64,000 nt of DNA, taken from assembly GCA_002633005.1 (NCBI GenBank), contig NMRA01000349.1, forward strand, positions 341,964 through 405,963, read 5' to 3'. Shown here piece after piece: positions 1-13,600 of the stretch (positions within the stretch are counted from its first letter, which is position 1; every line of letters starts with the position of its first letter). The notes under the pieces are model-generated. The model was not told the origin of the DNA, did no database searches, and saw only the letters and a program-made list of their open reading frames with translations. The translations under genes were made by a program, and so were the position numbers. This stretch comes from Phoronis australis (taxonomy: Eukaryota > Animalia > Phoronida).

Positions 1-35
1 TTACTACATCCCGGTACGCAGCAACAGTGTGGCAT
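1..35 (-). CDS. Start of a probable THAP zinc-finger domain protein (partial, continues beyond the left edge)
   Basis: The minus strand reads caacATG CCA CAC TGT TGC TGC GTA CCG GGA TGT AGT AA = MPHCCCVPGCS(N/K). This matches the M-P-x-C-x-V-P-G-C-x-N opening typical of THAP domains and has a good Kozak-like context. Only 11 codons are visible. Confidence 0.55.
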   Translation of the reverse strand, partial: MPHCCCVPGCS

Positions 36-1301
36 GTTGACTGACTAGTAAATGAAAGCGAACGACGACGGAACTTAACACAACCGAGGTAGAACAATGA
101 CTGACTCGGCAGCTCTCACAGTCGGACTATGTGAAAAGAAATTGGCGGGAAGCGCTTGCCTCCTAAAACGTTACTTCCGGAAAAGCGGACGAATAATCAA
201 TAAAATTACGAAAAGCTGTAATTAAGTGAAAAATATGTCTAGGATAACCAACCAACCTTATTTTAGCTCAAAATGACATGGAAAAAGGTTGCCTTCGCCT
301 TTAATTTAGTCAAGGAAGAGTGTAGTTTTCAGTGAAACTAGATTTTTGTCAGATTTTATTTGGTCATTTTTTACCTACATCGCCGCCAAGGCTAGAAATA
401 CCAATGCTAGGAATTGAAATGACACTATTGCAGATGTGCTTGCGGTGAATCACATGAGCCTCTGTTGGCCACTCGCTAACGGGCAATTGCCTATTAGCTG
501 AATAGTTAGCATGATTGCCAGTTTGATAGGGGTCACTGGATCGATTCCTGGGTCAGGTCTCGGCTATTATTGCAACACCAAAACTATGTGCGTAGGTCCA
601 TTTCGCTATATTGTAAACAATTACTGTCAATTTTTTCTTCTGATTTCAATAAATGATCAAAATACCGATCCTTATATGTTGGCCGCATTAGTGATAAATT
701 TGAACTGTGCATAACTGTGAAAATAACAACAAAACAAAGTGTGCGAGGATAAAAACAAGTTTTAAAGGTTGATGTTTGAGATGTGACTCGTGAACATCTT
801 TATTGTTTTTGATGACATGGCTTGTGGGAGTCTATTCCAGAGTAAAACAGTAGATGCGAAGAGTTTGCTTAGTACGCAGTACAAATGTATGTTCTCTCAA
901 AGGTATGAGTGGGAATTACGTGACCTAGAAATATGTAGGGAGTGGAAGGTATAGGAGGGGAATGGCAACCAGGTTTTGACTTGTGTACGGTCTTGTACAT
1001 GATGAGAGGCAGTTTGTTTTGAACACGTCATTCATCATGAGTGGGCCATTTGAGTGGTGAGCACTGTAGTGAACACCGGAAGTTCCGGGTCACTATGCTC
1101 AGAGGTGACAGCCTCGGTTTAGTTATACGGGTAACCCACGTGGTTTAGGAGTTGAGTGTTGACGGCTGGGAGTTGAAGACGAGACCTCAACAGAGACGAA
1201 CGTGTTGTACGAAACCAGACGTATACAAAGTGCAGGTGAGTGCTTGGCCCTTATGAACTAGCATATTTAACTTAAGTTAAGGGACCCGTCTGAACCCTAG
1301 T

Positions 1302-2619
1302 TAGGGAGGACAATCGAAAAGTAGGTCACAGTGCTCCATATCTGCCTCCGTGTAAAACCCACGTCAGTAAATTACCCGATTTCAGACTTCAAAGTTAACT
1401 ATAAGAGAATTTTGTGTTATAAATCTTTACCTTAGTCTTTATTTGTAAGTTTGTAATCTTCTTGTCTCGAATTATCGCTGATAAATCATTTTTGTAAGTT
1501 GTTTTAGCGCACGATTTTCCGCCATAGGATCAACTTTCGAAAAAGTGCCTCTTATTCCTCCTGTCCAAAAGAGTACTATACTCTCGAATACAAACATGAA
1601 ATTTGGACAGGATGTAGTTTAGATACGTGCGCATCTCCTCAAGTTGTTTTCTCGAAGTCAAGGCCAAGTTTTCATGGCGAGTTTTCTATCGTACGGAAGG
1701 CCTAATTTTGAACGATCGGGAGATTGATGTTTTTCCAGTTGCGCAATACACCCCCCCCCCCAATTTTTAGATGAAAATTTCATCACTCTTTTAATTGGTA
1801 ATTATTTCTTTTTCAGAAATTCTGTCAAACTGCTGCGCATTGGCACTTTTCAAACAGCAGTCGTTAGTTCACTGAGTCGCCGCATGTCAGCGCCACGAGC
1901 GGCTACGTTGAAGTTCAATGGCACCGCAACTTCACCGTTCGAAATAAAGTTATTACAAAGAGTTTTTGTTGCATAAATGATGAAATCCTTCATGCTAAGA
2001 GTGATTTGTTTTCCCAATTGGTCTTTTGTCTACTTTCTAATGTCTTTTTGCTATGATACGATCTGATAGTACATGGGTGGCACCCAGCACTGAAAAAAGT
2101 GGGGGAGTTATAGCCGGGCCTTCCTCAGCCCCCTGTCAGGCCATGATGAGTTGCCCATGTAGTAGTATTCAGGGGCAGATCTAGGATTTTTAGATAGGAG
2201 GGAGGCCAGGGCAGAGTATTACACAGGACTTTACCTGTAAGATATTTGCACCCTCAAACTGCCAAATGAAATCTGGGGAGTGGGGGGCACGGGCTGGTCC
2301 CCTTGCACCTCCCCAAATCCACCAATGTTGTCTTGTGGTTTGATGTGAAATTTCCTCCTAGCTCAGATGTATTGATTTCTGAGCTGATGTGCTGTTTTTT
2401 GCTCTTTGCCTTTTAAGCTGTGCAATCCATTGTTTTCATCAAACACGAGGTTGATGATGACTTGAGAAGCCTGTTCCATATGCTAACAACACATTTAAAC
2501 AGCAATATCTCTGTAGAAATCAATCCAAATTTTATATAATACACACCACCATGTTTGTCTCAATGAGACGATTTTTTTATATGCAGCACATGCATGTTCT
2601 TTAATTTTTTACGAAATTA
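1302..2619. mobile_element. Truncated copy of a non-autonomous hAT-like DNA transposon, inverted relative to 4789-6292
   Basis: Begins TAGGGAGGACAATCGAAAAGTAGGTCAC and is colinear, as the reverse complement, with about 4965-6292. It stops at 2619, where a different terminus begins. Confidence 0.8.
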
Positions 2620-2621
2620 AC

Positions 2622-2760
2622 CAGGGCTCAACACTGACGGTTGCCCGATTGCCCGTGTACATGTAGATTTTGCGTCTGGCAAGTGGAATTTGAAAAGTAC
2701 TTGCCCGATGGGCAAGTTAAAAAGCTGGCCTCATAGGCAAGTAGATCCTAAGATTGTCGG
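2622..2760. mobile_element. Terminus of a second hAT-like element interrupting the first (other end not seen)
   Basis: CAGGGCTCAACACTGACGGTTGCCCGATTGCCCG start with reiterated TTGCCCG/GGGCAAG subterminal motifs, exactly where homology to 4789-6292 stops. The right boundary is approximate. Confidence 0.45.
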
Positions 2761-4254
2761 CTCGACATTTGCTCCACAATAAAGAACCCCGACACAAGCC
2801 TAAAAACCGTCAAAAAAGCCCCTGTGGCCGTCAAAGAAACTCCCGTTTTCGAATGAGCACCGAAAGGAAAATAGAACTAGTGTGATGCAGCGTGCACAGA
2901 TGACGCCCGCGAACAAATCCTTTCGATTCTCTGAACGTGCCCAGCAGTTTCTGAATAGGTTGTCACGTGATACTACTGATCGTCTGCACTCTGGCAAAAT
3001 GTCTAGACCTGTACGGCATTGGTTTAGTTGCTAAAAACGAGTTCAGGTAGAATCAAAGCAATAATATGAAACGAAAAGAGTGCGGGGATGGGTTCCGTCA
3101 TGGGAAATTAGGTTTCCTGGCCTGCGAGACAGTGAACAAGGGATAACGTGTGATTTTTGCCGGCGTTTACCCATGTAGGCTTACACTGCAGCTGGAAGCA
3201 CCGCGTTCGTCGGCGTGTAAGTCATAAAGATAAGCGCAAAAGCTAAAAAGTGAATAATTGACTACATATTTTCTACACTATACAGTAGTTTTAAATGCCT
3301 AGTATTTATTCAGGGGGAACTCCAAAGGAAATTCTTATGAATTCCCGGCTCCCGGTGGCAACTCCCGAAAGAAGAGGAATACGATCTTCAGGATTGTCGC
3401 TCTGAAGGGTGACTTTTTCGCGGTCTATCTATTTTTCAAAAATGTAATTATTTATTGAAAATAGAAGTATATGTGGCATTATTATATGTTAAAATTTGAT
3501 TTTAATTTAATACAAGGTACCGATGACCAAAACTGCAAGATTTTTCACGGATAGCAAAAATTCAAATTCAGGTTAAGCAACAACTCAAGTTTAATGCATG
3601 AGAGCGTATAAACTAATGAATACACAGAAGTCCTAGCTCATTTCGGCGCCTGTGAACGCGAGACAGTGGTTCAGATACCATAGTTACTGTTCTAATTTGT
3701 CTCTGTAGTGTTTTGACACACCTTATAAGTAAATGCTCTATAAGAAAAATCGTTAAAAAAATAGCAACTCATGTATATAGCTAGGCAATGACCATCGCCT
3801 CTGTTGGCCCGAAGCAGAGGCGATGTAGAGGCTATAGGCGCTCTGTACGCCGGAAGCTTTTCGGCGAATTATGCCTCGCACCAACTAAACCATCAAAGTC
3901 ACGTTGTAATAAATACCTTTTGCGCATAGAGGAACACCTGAGGAGGTTGTCGATGTGTTTAATTCCTTCCAACTCGAACAAATACTCCTATTATCAAACT
4001 TTTTCTTCGAGCAGTCCCTACTTCAGTTCCCAAAATCGTGAAATCAACTTTTTCATTTTCTTAACCAGGCCGAAGGTCAGAAGTTGCGGACCTACCGGCG
4101 AACTTTGAAAGCTGAAGTTCCCGCCCTTCGCGTACGTGCTGCCGGGAACCAGCCGTGCATTTGCCGTGTTGTTAAACATTAAAATGTCAAATATGTGCAC
4201 AAAGACTATTAAATGTCATATCAACAGCATTTATTTTTATCAAATACAAACAAT

Positions 4255-4563
4255 NNNNNNNNNNNNNNNNNNNNNNNNNNNNNNNNNNNNNNNNNNNNNN
4301 NNNNNNNNNNNNNNNNNNNNNNNNNNNNNNNNNNNNNNNNNNNNNNNNNNNNNNNNNNNNNNNNNNNNNNNNNNNNNNNNNNNNNNNNNNNNNNNNNNNN
4401 NNNNNNNNNNNNNNNNNNNNNNNNNNNNNNNNNNNNNNNNNNNNNNNNNNNNNNNNNNNNNNNNNNNNNNNNNNNNNNNNNNNNNNNNNNNNNNNNNNNN
4501 NNNNNNNNNNNNNNNNNNNNNNNNNNNNNNNNNNNNNNNNNNNNNNNNNNNNNNNNNNNNNNN
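4255..4563. other. Assembly gap (309 N)
   Basis: Run of N. The ORFs spanning it are artefacts. Confidence 1.
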
Positions 4564-4569
4564 TTTTGC

Positions 4570-4578
4570 CCGGAAGTG
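4570..4578 (+). promoter_or_regulatory. ETS/GABP-type motif CCGGAAGTG in the probable promoter or 5' UTR of the myotubularin gene
   Basis: Perfect CCGGAAGTG about 60 bp upstream of the ATG at 4637, common in housekeeping promoters. Function is inferred. Confidence 0.45.
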
Positions 4579-4636
4579 TCACAGTGTCAGAACGGAAAGA
4601 AAAGGTGGTTATTTGTTGCATGTTTTGCTGTGGAAA

Positions 4637-4660
4637 ATGGATCTTATAAAAACACCAAAG
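4637..4660 (+). CDS. MTMR6: MTMR6/7/8-like exon 1 (MDLIKTPK)
   Basis: aaaATG GAT CTT ATA AAA ACA CCA AAG|gttcgt. It resembles the MEHIRTTK/MDHIxxPK start of vertebrate MTMR6/7/8 and joins exon 2 in phase 0. Confidence 0.85.
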
Positions 4661-7600
4661 GTTCGTGTACTGTAAACTTTAGTGTATATGTTCAACTCGT
4701 ATTCAATTAATTCATTGTTTGTAGCCACACGTTTTATTAACTGTACTTTCTTCCTGTGCAGCATATTCCTGACTAGGCCCAGTCTAGGTAGGGAGGACGA
4801 CGTTTTTTTAATTTTTTTTGCAATATCCATGTGTCATACATTTTTGAAAAGCCCTTGGTGTGAGAAATGAAATGGTGCAAAAATTAGAAAAAGTGGGTGA
4901 GCGGTTACTGAGAAAATGGCCATTGAAACGCGATGATTATGCCTAAAATATCTGCCTTTTTACATAATTTCGTAAAAAATAAAAGAATATACATTTGCTG
5001 CATGTAAAAAAATTTTGTCTCATTGAGACAAACATGGTGGTGTGTATTATATAAAATTTGGATCGATTTCTACAGAGATATTGCTGTTTAAATGTGTTGC
5101 TAGCATATGGAACAGGCTCATCATCAACCTCATGTTTGATGAAAACAATGGATTACACAGCTTAAAAGGTAAAGAGCAAAAAACAACATATTAGCACAGA
5201 AATAAATACATCTGAGCTAGGAGGAAATTTCACATCAAACCCCAAGACAACATTGGTGGATTTGGAGAGTGGCAAGGGGACCAGCCCGTGCTCCCTCCCC
5301 CCCAAAAAAAAACTACCAGATTTCATTTGGCAGTTTGAGGATGCAAATATCTTACGGGTAAAATCCTGTGTAATACTCTGCTCTGGCCCCCCCTCTTATC
5401 TAAAAATCCTAGATCTGCCCTTGAATACTGCTACACTACTACATGGGCAACACATCGTGGCCTGACAGGGGGCTGGGGTCGCTGGGGAAGGTATATCTCC
5501 CCCACTTTTTTGAGTGCTGGGTGCCACCCATGTACTATTAGATCGTATCATAGCAAAAAACATTAGAAAGTAGACAAAAACCATTTGGGAAAACAAATCA
5601 CTCTTAACATGAAAGATTTCATCATTTACGCAACAAAAACTCTTTGTAACAACTTTATTTCAAACGGTGAAGTTACGATGCCATTGAACTTCAACTTAAC
5701 CACTCGTGGCGCTGATGTGCAACGACTTAGTGAACTAAAAACTGCTGTTTGAAAAGTGCCAATGTGCAGCAGTTTGACAGAATTTCTGAAAAAGAAATAA
5801 TTGCCATTTAAAAGAGTGATAAATTCATCTAAAATTCGGGGGGGCATATTGCGCAACTGGAAAAACATCAATCACCCAACCGATCAAAATTAGGCCTTCC
5901 GGACGATCGAAAACTCGCCATGAAAACTTGGCCTTGACTTCAAGAAAACAACTTGAGGAGATGCGCACGCATCTAAACTACATCCTGTCCAAATTTCATG
6001 TTTGTATTCGAGAGCATGTGCTCTTTTAGACAGGAGGAACAAGAGGCACTTTTTCGAAAGTTGATCGCATGGCGGAAAATCGTGCGCTAAAAAGCTTACA
6101 AAAATGATTTATCAGCGATAATTCGAGACATAAAAGATTACAAAGTTACAACTAAAGACTAAGGTAACGATTTATAACACAAAATTATCTTATAGTTAAC
6201 TTTGAAGTCTGAAATCGGGTAATTTACCGACTTAGGTTTTACACGGAGGTAGATATGGAGCACCGTGACCTACTTTTCGATTGTCCTCCCTAGTCTAGGC
6301 AATGAATTAATCGCTCTGTATTCCGCAGTCATACAGGGGCGATAGTACATCTCCACAAAAAAATAAAATCAAATGAAACATGCATATGCACATAAAAAAC
6401 TTGTATTGATATGTCTGGGAGAAGATTCAGTCAAGATAGCTTGAACAAATCGATGAAAATCTATCGCAGTTTGCTAGAGTTTCTCTTACCGGGTACCATT
6501 TTGAGGAAGTCATGTGAAATCACACATGTTGATGAATAAAAAGTCCAAGGGACACAAATCTTACAATTTTCATCTGATACCTTCTCATTGCAAGTGTCAC
6601 ACGCTAGTGTCACGCGCTTCGCTTAGTCTCGCTCTAGCCTTTGCCTAACTCAGTTGACATACTTTGAAAAAGTTAACGGCAACCAAAAAAGTGGAGTTGG
6701 AATTCTTCGCTAAAGTCACCTTAATTCTCACAACTTAGCTTCATCGAAGATATGGATAGATGTAGAAAGGACCAATGAAAAAAGTTAGCGCTTTTTTAAG
6801 GGATAGTTTTAAGTTGGGAATGTATTTTTGACGAGGTGAAAACTCAAAATTGGTGGCCGAATTTGGCCTACTGCCCGTTTAAAATACATGGAACAAAATT
6901 CGTACAGAAAGCGATGGGTAGTATTGTAGCCCCTAACCAGCCAACCGAGGGGCTACGTGTTGCCTAGACCTAGTCATAAACCATATAGCCAGGCATAGTT
7001 GATAAACCAATCATTAAAGCCTGTCTTGAATGGTAACACCTGTAAATTTGGTTCCTTCAATATGTTAAGAGCATCGCTCTGAGCCCACTAGTGCCACAAA
7101 TTGCCATATGTAACGAACTGTTAGGCATATTGGCTTGCTTTTGTCCATGTCGCTGCGAGAATCACCTTTGGCTTTTAATTCAAACAGCTGTGAATAACAC
7201 TCGCACGCAATAGTGTTCTATTCAGACCCCTATTCAATACAACTGTTATCGGTCTTTGGTTGTTTTTGCTGGGATCTTGTGGTGACGCAACATGGCACAG
7301 AAAGGCTGCTCCACCTATCATTTGACAGGCTTAAATTTGTGTAATTGAACTCGCGTTTTCTTGTTTTACTATGGCTTTGCTTTGACTATCTGATTAGCCC
7401 AATACATCAAAAATAACAAAATTCCATTAAAGTTAGGCTTTAACTAGGGTTAGGAGTCTGCTCAGTGAAAGCGTAGAATCAAGTGCCATAAACTTGAATA
7501 TTAACCCACATACATCAAAATTGAAATCGTGTGAACATGTTTCTCTTATGAAATAATATAGCATATAGTATGTAACTGCAAGAAAATCAAGCCCTTCAAA

Positions 7601-10600
7601 AAACTTTTTCACTCAAAGATTCGACTTTTTACTTTTCGCTTGTTACCCTGCCATTTGCAATTTTTAACCTACTGGTGAATTCATGAACTAAAGCATTCAG
7701 GTCACTACATGATGTCATTAGGTGAAAAACTAAGTGTAGAAGATGGCAGATGATTTGATTTGTTGTTAGAGGAAGGAAAAAATAGGCTAAATACATCGGG
7801 TAACACCATTTGCAGTTTTCTAAATGTGTGAACGGAATTTTATTTGGTTAGTAACTAAAACACCAAATGGTGAAAAGCCCTCCGGTAGACCTTCAACTCT
7901 GTTTAAGAACTCAGTATTGGCTACCCCAAGCCAATGCTTCTCAGACAGTGCCACCATCTTGATTAGCTGCCATGGGAACTTCATATGCCGGAAGATTTTC
8001 TGCGAATTATACCTTACACTGGTTAAAACATCAAAGTCACGTTGTTATTTAGTACTTTTTGCATGGCCAGTGGAGACGGTGGTACTGTCTAATGTGCTGG
8101 ATCTTCTTGCACTTTTTTCAAACTGCAGTTTTCAAAAAAAAAATGTGGAAATGTGAAATGTGCGACCTTCAGAATAATTCAAAAACCTACCTGGATTTTA
8201 AAAGTCCTCTGTACTGTTCACAGCTCCTATACAAGAATTAGTTATCCCGAATTAATGAAATCTGTCATTCAAAATACCACTTAAAAACATGTCTCCTTTG
8301 TCTGTTTCCGCTTCCACCAGAATAAGATCTTGGGGGGTTACTCTCATTTCTAAATCAACCAGTACCATTCAAGTAAAAACTAGGTCATTAGGTTAACTTT
8401 TGACATCTTTTCGCAAATCACAACATCAACTTACAGCAGTGTTACTCAGCGATAAAATGGCGTCAAGAGCAAGGAATTTGTATTGAAAATGTTGACACTT
8501 CTGCATATACTACTGACTTCTTTCATTAAACTACTTTTTCTGGTTTAGTTAGGAACTGGTACTGTATTTTGCTTCATTTAGGCCTTCCAACTACCACATG
8601 TACGATTTTATTTGCAAAATTTGGGCGTAATTGTGTTCCAAGGTTTAACAACCTTGTCACGCGTGTCTATAAATTCTTATTTACTGACAAGTTGCGTGTT
8701 TAGCTTTGCCTGGCTCTTTCTTCACTTGTCTCTTGTTTACATGAGCTACAGGACTTGTAATCTTAGATGTCGATGTGCAGTTTGTGCAGCAGTGCCTTGT
8801 GGCACGCTGGCAATGAAACTTATTGCCGTCGTATAATTGTTACTTTATACCTGAAAGGTGGAAGAAACTTAGCAGCCATTAGCTCTGATCCATGACAACT
8901 GTCGTGATAGACAAACATGAATGCATGATGCACTTATTGTTTGCCAGCTACCCTGTGATTTGGGCTACCTCCTCTTGTCATGGCTGGTAGAAGGTAGCCA
9001 ATACTCGACTCATAGCTGAAGGTCTATCGATAATTTTTACACGATTTTGTGTTATGGACAGAAATCAGAAGTTGTTGGGTGTGCCAGTTAACTTACTAAA
9101 TCAAATTCCTTTGTGAATAAATGGCACCATAAACGGTCTTACAAAATTATATTTTGCTTCAATCTTTTTACTTCCTGTAATATTTAGAGCATCTTGTCAG
9201 ATATGTGCGTGGGAATTTCGTGGCAACCTGGGATTTTACCAGGCCACCAAACAAGATGTGATGGTGCATTGGTGAGCTGTGGGTCACCAAATCGAGCTCT
9301 GGGAGGTCAGATGTTAGTTTTGTTAGTAAACGAATGAACTTGTTGCTGGATTATTTATTGGTTGTGGAAGATTTTAGAGACATCAACTGCCCCCAAAAGT
9401 GTCCATCTATGCTAAACTCAGGCGTCGAGGGCTGATTAGGTTGAGCATCTATGAAGCTTGTACCACTTCTGTTCTTTCTTCATATTGCTACCAAGATTCA
9501 GGACTTTGAGTGACGGCATAAGTGACCAATCAGAACGCAGAATTTTTGACACACCTTTGTTTCCAAGCCGCCATTTCTTGACAAACAATACATTGGCGGG
9601 TAAAACTTACATTGTTTGTTTGTCGAAATTCCGCAAGGGGGTGGAGTTTGCGATAGGTCGATTGTTCTCTACTAGTAAATTAGCATACTGACCTCATTTC
9701 GCACCCAAAATTATTTAGAAAATAATATCTTTCTCCTCGCATATTTCGCACGAAGCTCCATGGAATTTCTTGCCTGGCCTAATTGGCACACCATCAGATT
9801 TTGCAGCCAAAGCCCTTTAATCCTGGTAATACACCCCTTTGAAAAGCTGCTACGGAAGTCTGAGCACCATCTGGTATGTTCATCACTATTCACCCATTCA
9901 TGTGGAGTGTCTCGTGCTGTTGCGAATGAGGTGAAATTGATTAGCTAGATGTGAGTCCTATAACTCAATAGAGCCAATGACAAGGAATGGGATGAAATGC
10001 TTTCTTTCTATTTTTATATTGGAACAGGATAGAGCCGTTTAATTATTGTTTTGAATCACATTGGCAACCCATGGGATAAATGTGATTAAATTTGCTCGCA
10101 GGCAGTTGGCAATGCTTGGTTACATACCAGTAGTCTTTAACGTGGAATATTACCGCTTGAATCCTACGAAATTTGGAATAATATCACTTCCAGTGGCATT
10201 CTCTGTGCGCTCATAAAGGGGAACGTGGACTTTCAAACATTGATAAAATTGTCGGTACTAACTTCAAACAAAAGGTGTGTTGAAAATACAAAATGGTATT
10301 TAACAACACGTATGTTTCCTAAACACATTTCTGTGACACGAGAAATAACAAATCAAAATTTGCAAGCACTGTCGAGACTGTAGTCTATATTCTTCTGAAG
10401 CAAATCTCTTGTGATTATTACATTCAGGCAAAATATGACGAAGACGGCTAAAATCTGTAACGTGTGAAAAACGTAAAGTTCAGTTGAAGTTATGAGTTGT
10501 TTTGGTAATAAAAGTCTGGGTCAAGTATTGAGTTGATTCTCAACAGGAATTCACTCGGAGGCTTCTTCAAAATGGCATTACATTCTACTTTCATTATGTG

Positions 10601-13600
10601 GCTATCATGTTAGGACATCTCACTTCACATAGCGAAAGTATCGATCATTATGATTTAACTTTGCAATGGTCACAAAAATGGAGACGTGTAATAAGACGAG
10701 TTAACATTTTTCTTTTCTGTGGTCAGAAGTAAGCTCAGGTGTTATTTTCTGCTTAATAAATTGCTAACAGTCTTCGTTTATATGCTATTTTGTACTTGAC
10801 CTTTTTTGACCAGCCTATGTGGTACTCGATATAGGTTGAAGATTAATTGTTTCATGATGTTTTGTTACCTATCGTCTTAAAGGTGCTTTCTGCCATGTTT
10901 AGCTGGCTAAAAAGGAAAATCCATTTAGGGGTTTTACTCTTTAAAATCGGTCTCGTAATATTCCTTACCCCTATAGGATTTTATTTCAGTCTGTTACCAA
11001 CTCAAATCACACACACTGCATTCACAAGTCATTCTTAAATTAATTTGAAATTTAAGGGAATATTATAAGACTAATTTTATGAGAGTAGTGGGCCCAATTT
11101 GACTTTTGGCTTTTTGCCAGCTAAACAGGGCAAACTGCAGTTTTAACATTTGTAATAATAGTAACTTTGGAGTGGTGAGCACGTGACCTTAGCGGTAAGT
11201 CTCTCCAGTCAAACATTCATTTCTCACATCAAAGAAATCGCTGTAAGAAAGTGTTAGGAGTTGATGAAGTAATTGTTTTATTATTTGAGTAAAAAATCTT
11301 GCCTACTGAATGACGAATTTCTTGTGTTATTTATAACATCTTGATAGTTCACCCTCTCAGTATTTGAATACATTCAGTAACGTTTTGTTGGGGGATTTTT
11401 TTCTCCAATTCCCAAGTTTTTGGACATTCGCATTGATGTTTTCTGTTCAGTTGGTCTATGATTGCAGCTCTGCAAATTTGCATCTGAAATATTGGAAATT
11501 TTCTTGCCAATAATGCGAACATGACTTTGTGAAATGCTTACTGTATTCACGGGGGGGGCATGTACTATTTTTCGGCTTAATGCCCGTGCTCTAATTTTAC
11601 AAATTTTATCTTTTAAACAAACCCATAGTCGGTTATAAGTCCATCCTTAGTTTATGCTTAGTCAAAAGTTTTAATTCTTAAACCACAATATTTATTTAGA
11701 ATTCCTCAGAAACACACGCATTCATCTGAGGGGAAAGGTGACTTTTCTTCATATCGTGAATTTTTCCAATTAGGGAAATTTTTTCTCTCCCTTTCCATTA
11801 GCCACCAATTTCCTCCCCCTCCCTCCTTTTCTCTCTCCTACGGCCCCTGGCAACTACCAACTCTTCCTCATCCTCCAATATTCTGTAGTTTGGCCAGTAC
11901 ATGAGCTCATACAAGGACATTCTATTGTTTCATTGTTGAACTACAGTACAAAATGAAAGTAATCGGACAAAATACCATTTTTCTGTCGTGACGATTAATT
12001 TTGTTAATAGCAAAAATGACTGGTAATAAGTATTTGAGTATCGAAATTCTAATTACAAAATAGCTTAGTTTGCATAACTTGCCTGATAATTCCCCTTCAT
12101 TCTCGGTCATCAGGGGAGACTACTCTTACGATAAATTCGGATTCTGCCCAGCCATCATATAACGGGTAATTCCTGGTCATTTTGTCTGAAAACGTTTGGC
12201 TAGTACTATACATCAAGCTTGGAAGAATGGAACCCGTAAATTAAGTCATACTTTTCGAGAACGACACTATTCATTTTCAATTTTATTGAATATTTAGTTG
12301 TTTTCCAATCATGACCGTGGAGTATAATGAATTTGTTGTATCTAATAAGACTTTTTATGTGGTGGTGTTCTTCAGGTCACACGGTTGCTTCGCATGCAGT
12401 TAAATTATTAATATTCGTTTCTTTGTGTTTATGAAGGCTACTTTCTACAGTATTGAAACTTCACAGTTACAGGATCACATTCAGAACCCTTCAACTTAGT
12501 GCGTATCTTTGCTCGAAGTATTTCTAGCTATTTGTATGCGGAGGAGATCGCACTGCCTGAACATATCACTACATTTTCATACTCAACTTAATCAGTTTGT
12601 AGCAATTATTGATTAAGAGTAAGGGGGTTTATTGATTGGTTTGGGATAGGAAGTTTGCTAAAAAGATTCTCTGCATTAAACTCTTGATGTCTCTGTATTT
12701 TCTTGAGGACGTGTGACACAGTTCTACAAAATCAATGTAGAATGCGTCTCTTTGGAGATAAATTCAAAGAAAACCCTGAAATTTATTGGTTTAAGCTGGT
12801 TGCAGATGATGGAAGTTCATGATGTTGGAGGTTCTGTGTCCTTGATATGTCACAAAGTCTGACAAAATCCCACCGTTGGTTTTCCATGTGTATCTAATGC
12901 TGTCAAGTACACAATTACATGATGGTATGTATGGTACATAAATTGAACATGGTTAGAGTGGTGTTACGTCGTTTCTTCTTGTGAAAAAACGAGAAATTAA
13001 ATTCTCATTTCGTCCTGAGTTGTGTGATTTGACCATATCCGCTGATTGCTGACATGAAAATTTAGTTAATACATGATATAATAGATGGCAGCACTAGTTT
13101 ATGCTGTTTAAACATCTACCAATAGGAGGCGCTGTTAGCCAGTAGCTGAAACCAGGAGTCTAGAATAGATCATTGCTGAAACTGCCATTCCTCAGCTAGC
13201 ACCGTTGCGATGGACGTTTTTGATATTTTGTTCAGAATTAACGAAGTTTTGCGAATACTTGAATTGAACCATTACAAGCAATGTCTCATACATTGAATTA
13301 AGAATTGATAGTCTATGAATACACTGGTCATTATTGTTTCCAACTTATTGATCATTGCGCTAGAATTATCCAGATCTAATGGGAATATGTAAATCCTGAT
13401 TTAAACCCTGTGACTGACCGATGTTCATTTGGTATTAGCCACATTCAGGGTGTAGTATAGTTGCCTTACATGCTCTGGACAATTTATGAGTTGAATCGGG
13501 CGTTAATGTTTTTAAAACTAACTAAAAGCACTCAGTAGTTAAAAAGTTTTGCTGGAAAAAATTTTGAATGGAATAAAATAGAGAATAGAAAGTTACTTAA

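Noticed and set aside
4136-4710. Three long ORFs (144-179 aa) in the ORF track
   Set aside because: Artefacts of the 309-N gap. Only MDLIKTPK (4637-4660) is real.
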